Below are positions 62,770 to 64,000 of a stretch of 64,000 nucleotides of DNA, one piece after another. Position numbers and translations under genes: made by a program. Origin of the DNA: Sphyrna mokarran (taxonomy: Eukaryota); assembly GCA_024679065.1 (NCBI GenBank), contig JAGIQG010000015.1:41354001-41418000 (forward strand), read 5' to 3'. Within the stretch, counting starts at the first letter, position 1. Each line of letters starts with the position of its first letter. Below the pieces are notes generated by a model, which saw only the letters and a program-made list of their open reading frames with translations, had not been told where the DNA came from and made no database searches.

Positions 62770-63790
62770 TTGATTATAAACTAATAATTACACACAAAAT
62801 GGCAGATACAACTAAGTCAGATCTTACAAATGACTTGGCAATAGCAGTCACAAAGTTCTTGAAAACTCTGTCCTCATCACAAAGAATTTCAGTTCCTGTT
62901 CCAAGTTTTAGTCTGATCTCCAGCTGGCAGCAGCGGACAAACAACCCAAGTTGCATGGGCACAGCATTCAAGTGGTACATGTCTGAAGAACTTCCACAAC
63001 GGTCTGGATGAAGTAGATATACCAATGGTAGCTTCAAATAACAGAAATAGCTGCCACACCATATATGTTTGCTTCTTCTCAGTTTCTGGATCTAACCTCT
63101 TTTCTTTAGTCTGCCTTTACTGCAATGGAATCAATATTTATTGAGCACAGAGCTCTAGGACTTTTTATTTTATTTCAGCCAGGGGTTTTGGTTTCCAATC
63201 TAAATTTCAGTCTTAGTTTTCTTAGAAACTGAAAATCAGGTTCCTTTCTCACTTTCCCTTTTTAATTAGGGCCCATTTCCAAAATATTACAAGCTTTGAA
63301 ACCACAGGTTCTGTCACACACTGCAATCCATACATTGCAGTTTGAGCTTTTTTGGCAGCAAGCTTGATGATTCATGACTTCAGCCTAAATTTCCTCTGCA
63401 CCATTCATTTCTGGTGGAAATTGCTGGTGCTGCAACAGAAACTGAGACATTGGACATCAGGCACTGTCAAGTGGTTGATTCCAGTTGTGCTGGCGGAATT
63501 GGCCACAGCTTTGTTGCTGCGAAGGATAAGCTCCAAGTTCTGTGCAAAGCCCTGTGCCAAGTTGATGCTTGACTTTTCCATACTCCTTCACATTGGCCAT
63601 AAATTCTGGCAGGTTTGCCAGTGCACCAGTGTATGCTTTTCATTGTGCATACTCATCAGCCTTATGTAGGCTGCCCATCAGAGTCCTCATCTGGTTTTTG
63701 TGTGGCAGAATGCAGTGTGTGACATTGTTATCCAATGAGCCTGGCTTTATCCTTGCAAACCCCTTCCAACCTCAGGGACTCTAAATGAAA
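62770..63790 (-). mobile_element. RTE-clade LINE remnants
   Basis: Decayed similarity to the RTE endonuclease-RT linker on the minus strand; no open frame. Confidence 0.35.
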
Positions 63791-64000
63791 TCCATTTACT
63801 GCTCATGCAAAAACTGTCTGTTTGATATCTTTTTCATTCCGCATATTGTTAGTATCTTAGCCAGTGGTTGAGAGTCTGAAATCAAGTGGGGATCTGGCTG
63901 TGGATTCTTTGTGTTGGTTCTCAGATGTGCCTGTGAAAGAAAGGAGGTTCGTGCATGTCAGGGGCCTTTAGAAATGGGAGACGTGACTCATAGCACTGTT

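Noticed and set aside
1-64000. CRISPR array, prokaryotic operon or endogenous viral gene
   Set aside because: No regularly spaced repeats and no long non-TE ORFs; the content is eukaryotic intron.

Overview
AT-rich, CpG-depleted vertebrate genomic DNA, most likely a shark (elasmobranch), judged from V-domain HE1-like SINEs, Deu-domain SINEs and abundant CR1, L2, RTE, Rex, Harbinger and Penelope-like remnants. Nearly all of the window appears to be intron of one + strand gene, which I identify from memory as KIAA0586/TALPID3. It has two well-supported coding exons (37992-38148, 42386-42424) and one candidate 36-nt microexon (32337-32372). No intact autonomous mobile element, tRNA, rRNA or CRISPR array is evident, and most listed ORFs are spurious or TE fragments. 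The most unusual structure is 17830-18240: two inverted 101-bp Penelope-like arms, each with a hammerhead-ribozyme core, bracket a 173-bp copy of unique DNA from 1.2 kb upstream (16728-16900), and the unit is flanked by a short target duplication. Also present are a decayed two-gene Harbinger element with nested insertions, a local inverted duplication and several motif-rich non-repetitive islands that may be enhancers. TE family names and boundaries are by-eye recognitions and approximate; no database search was run.
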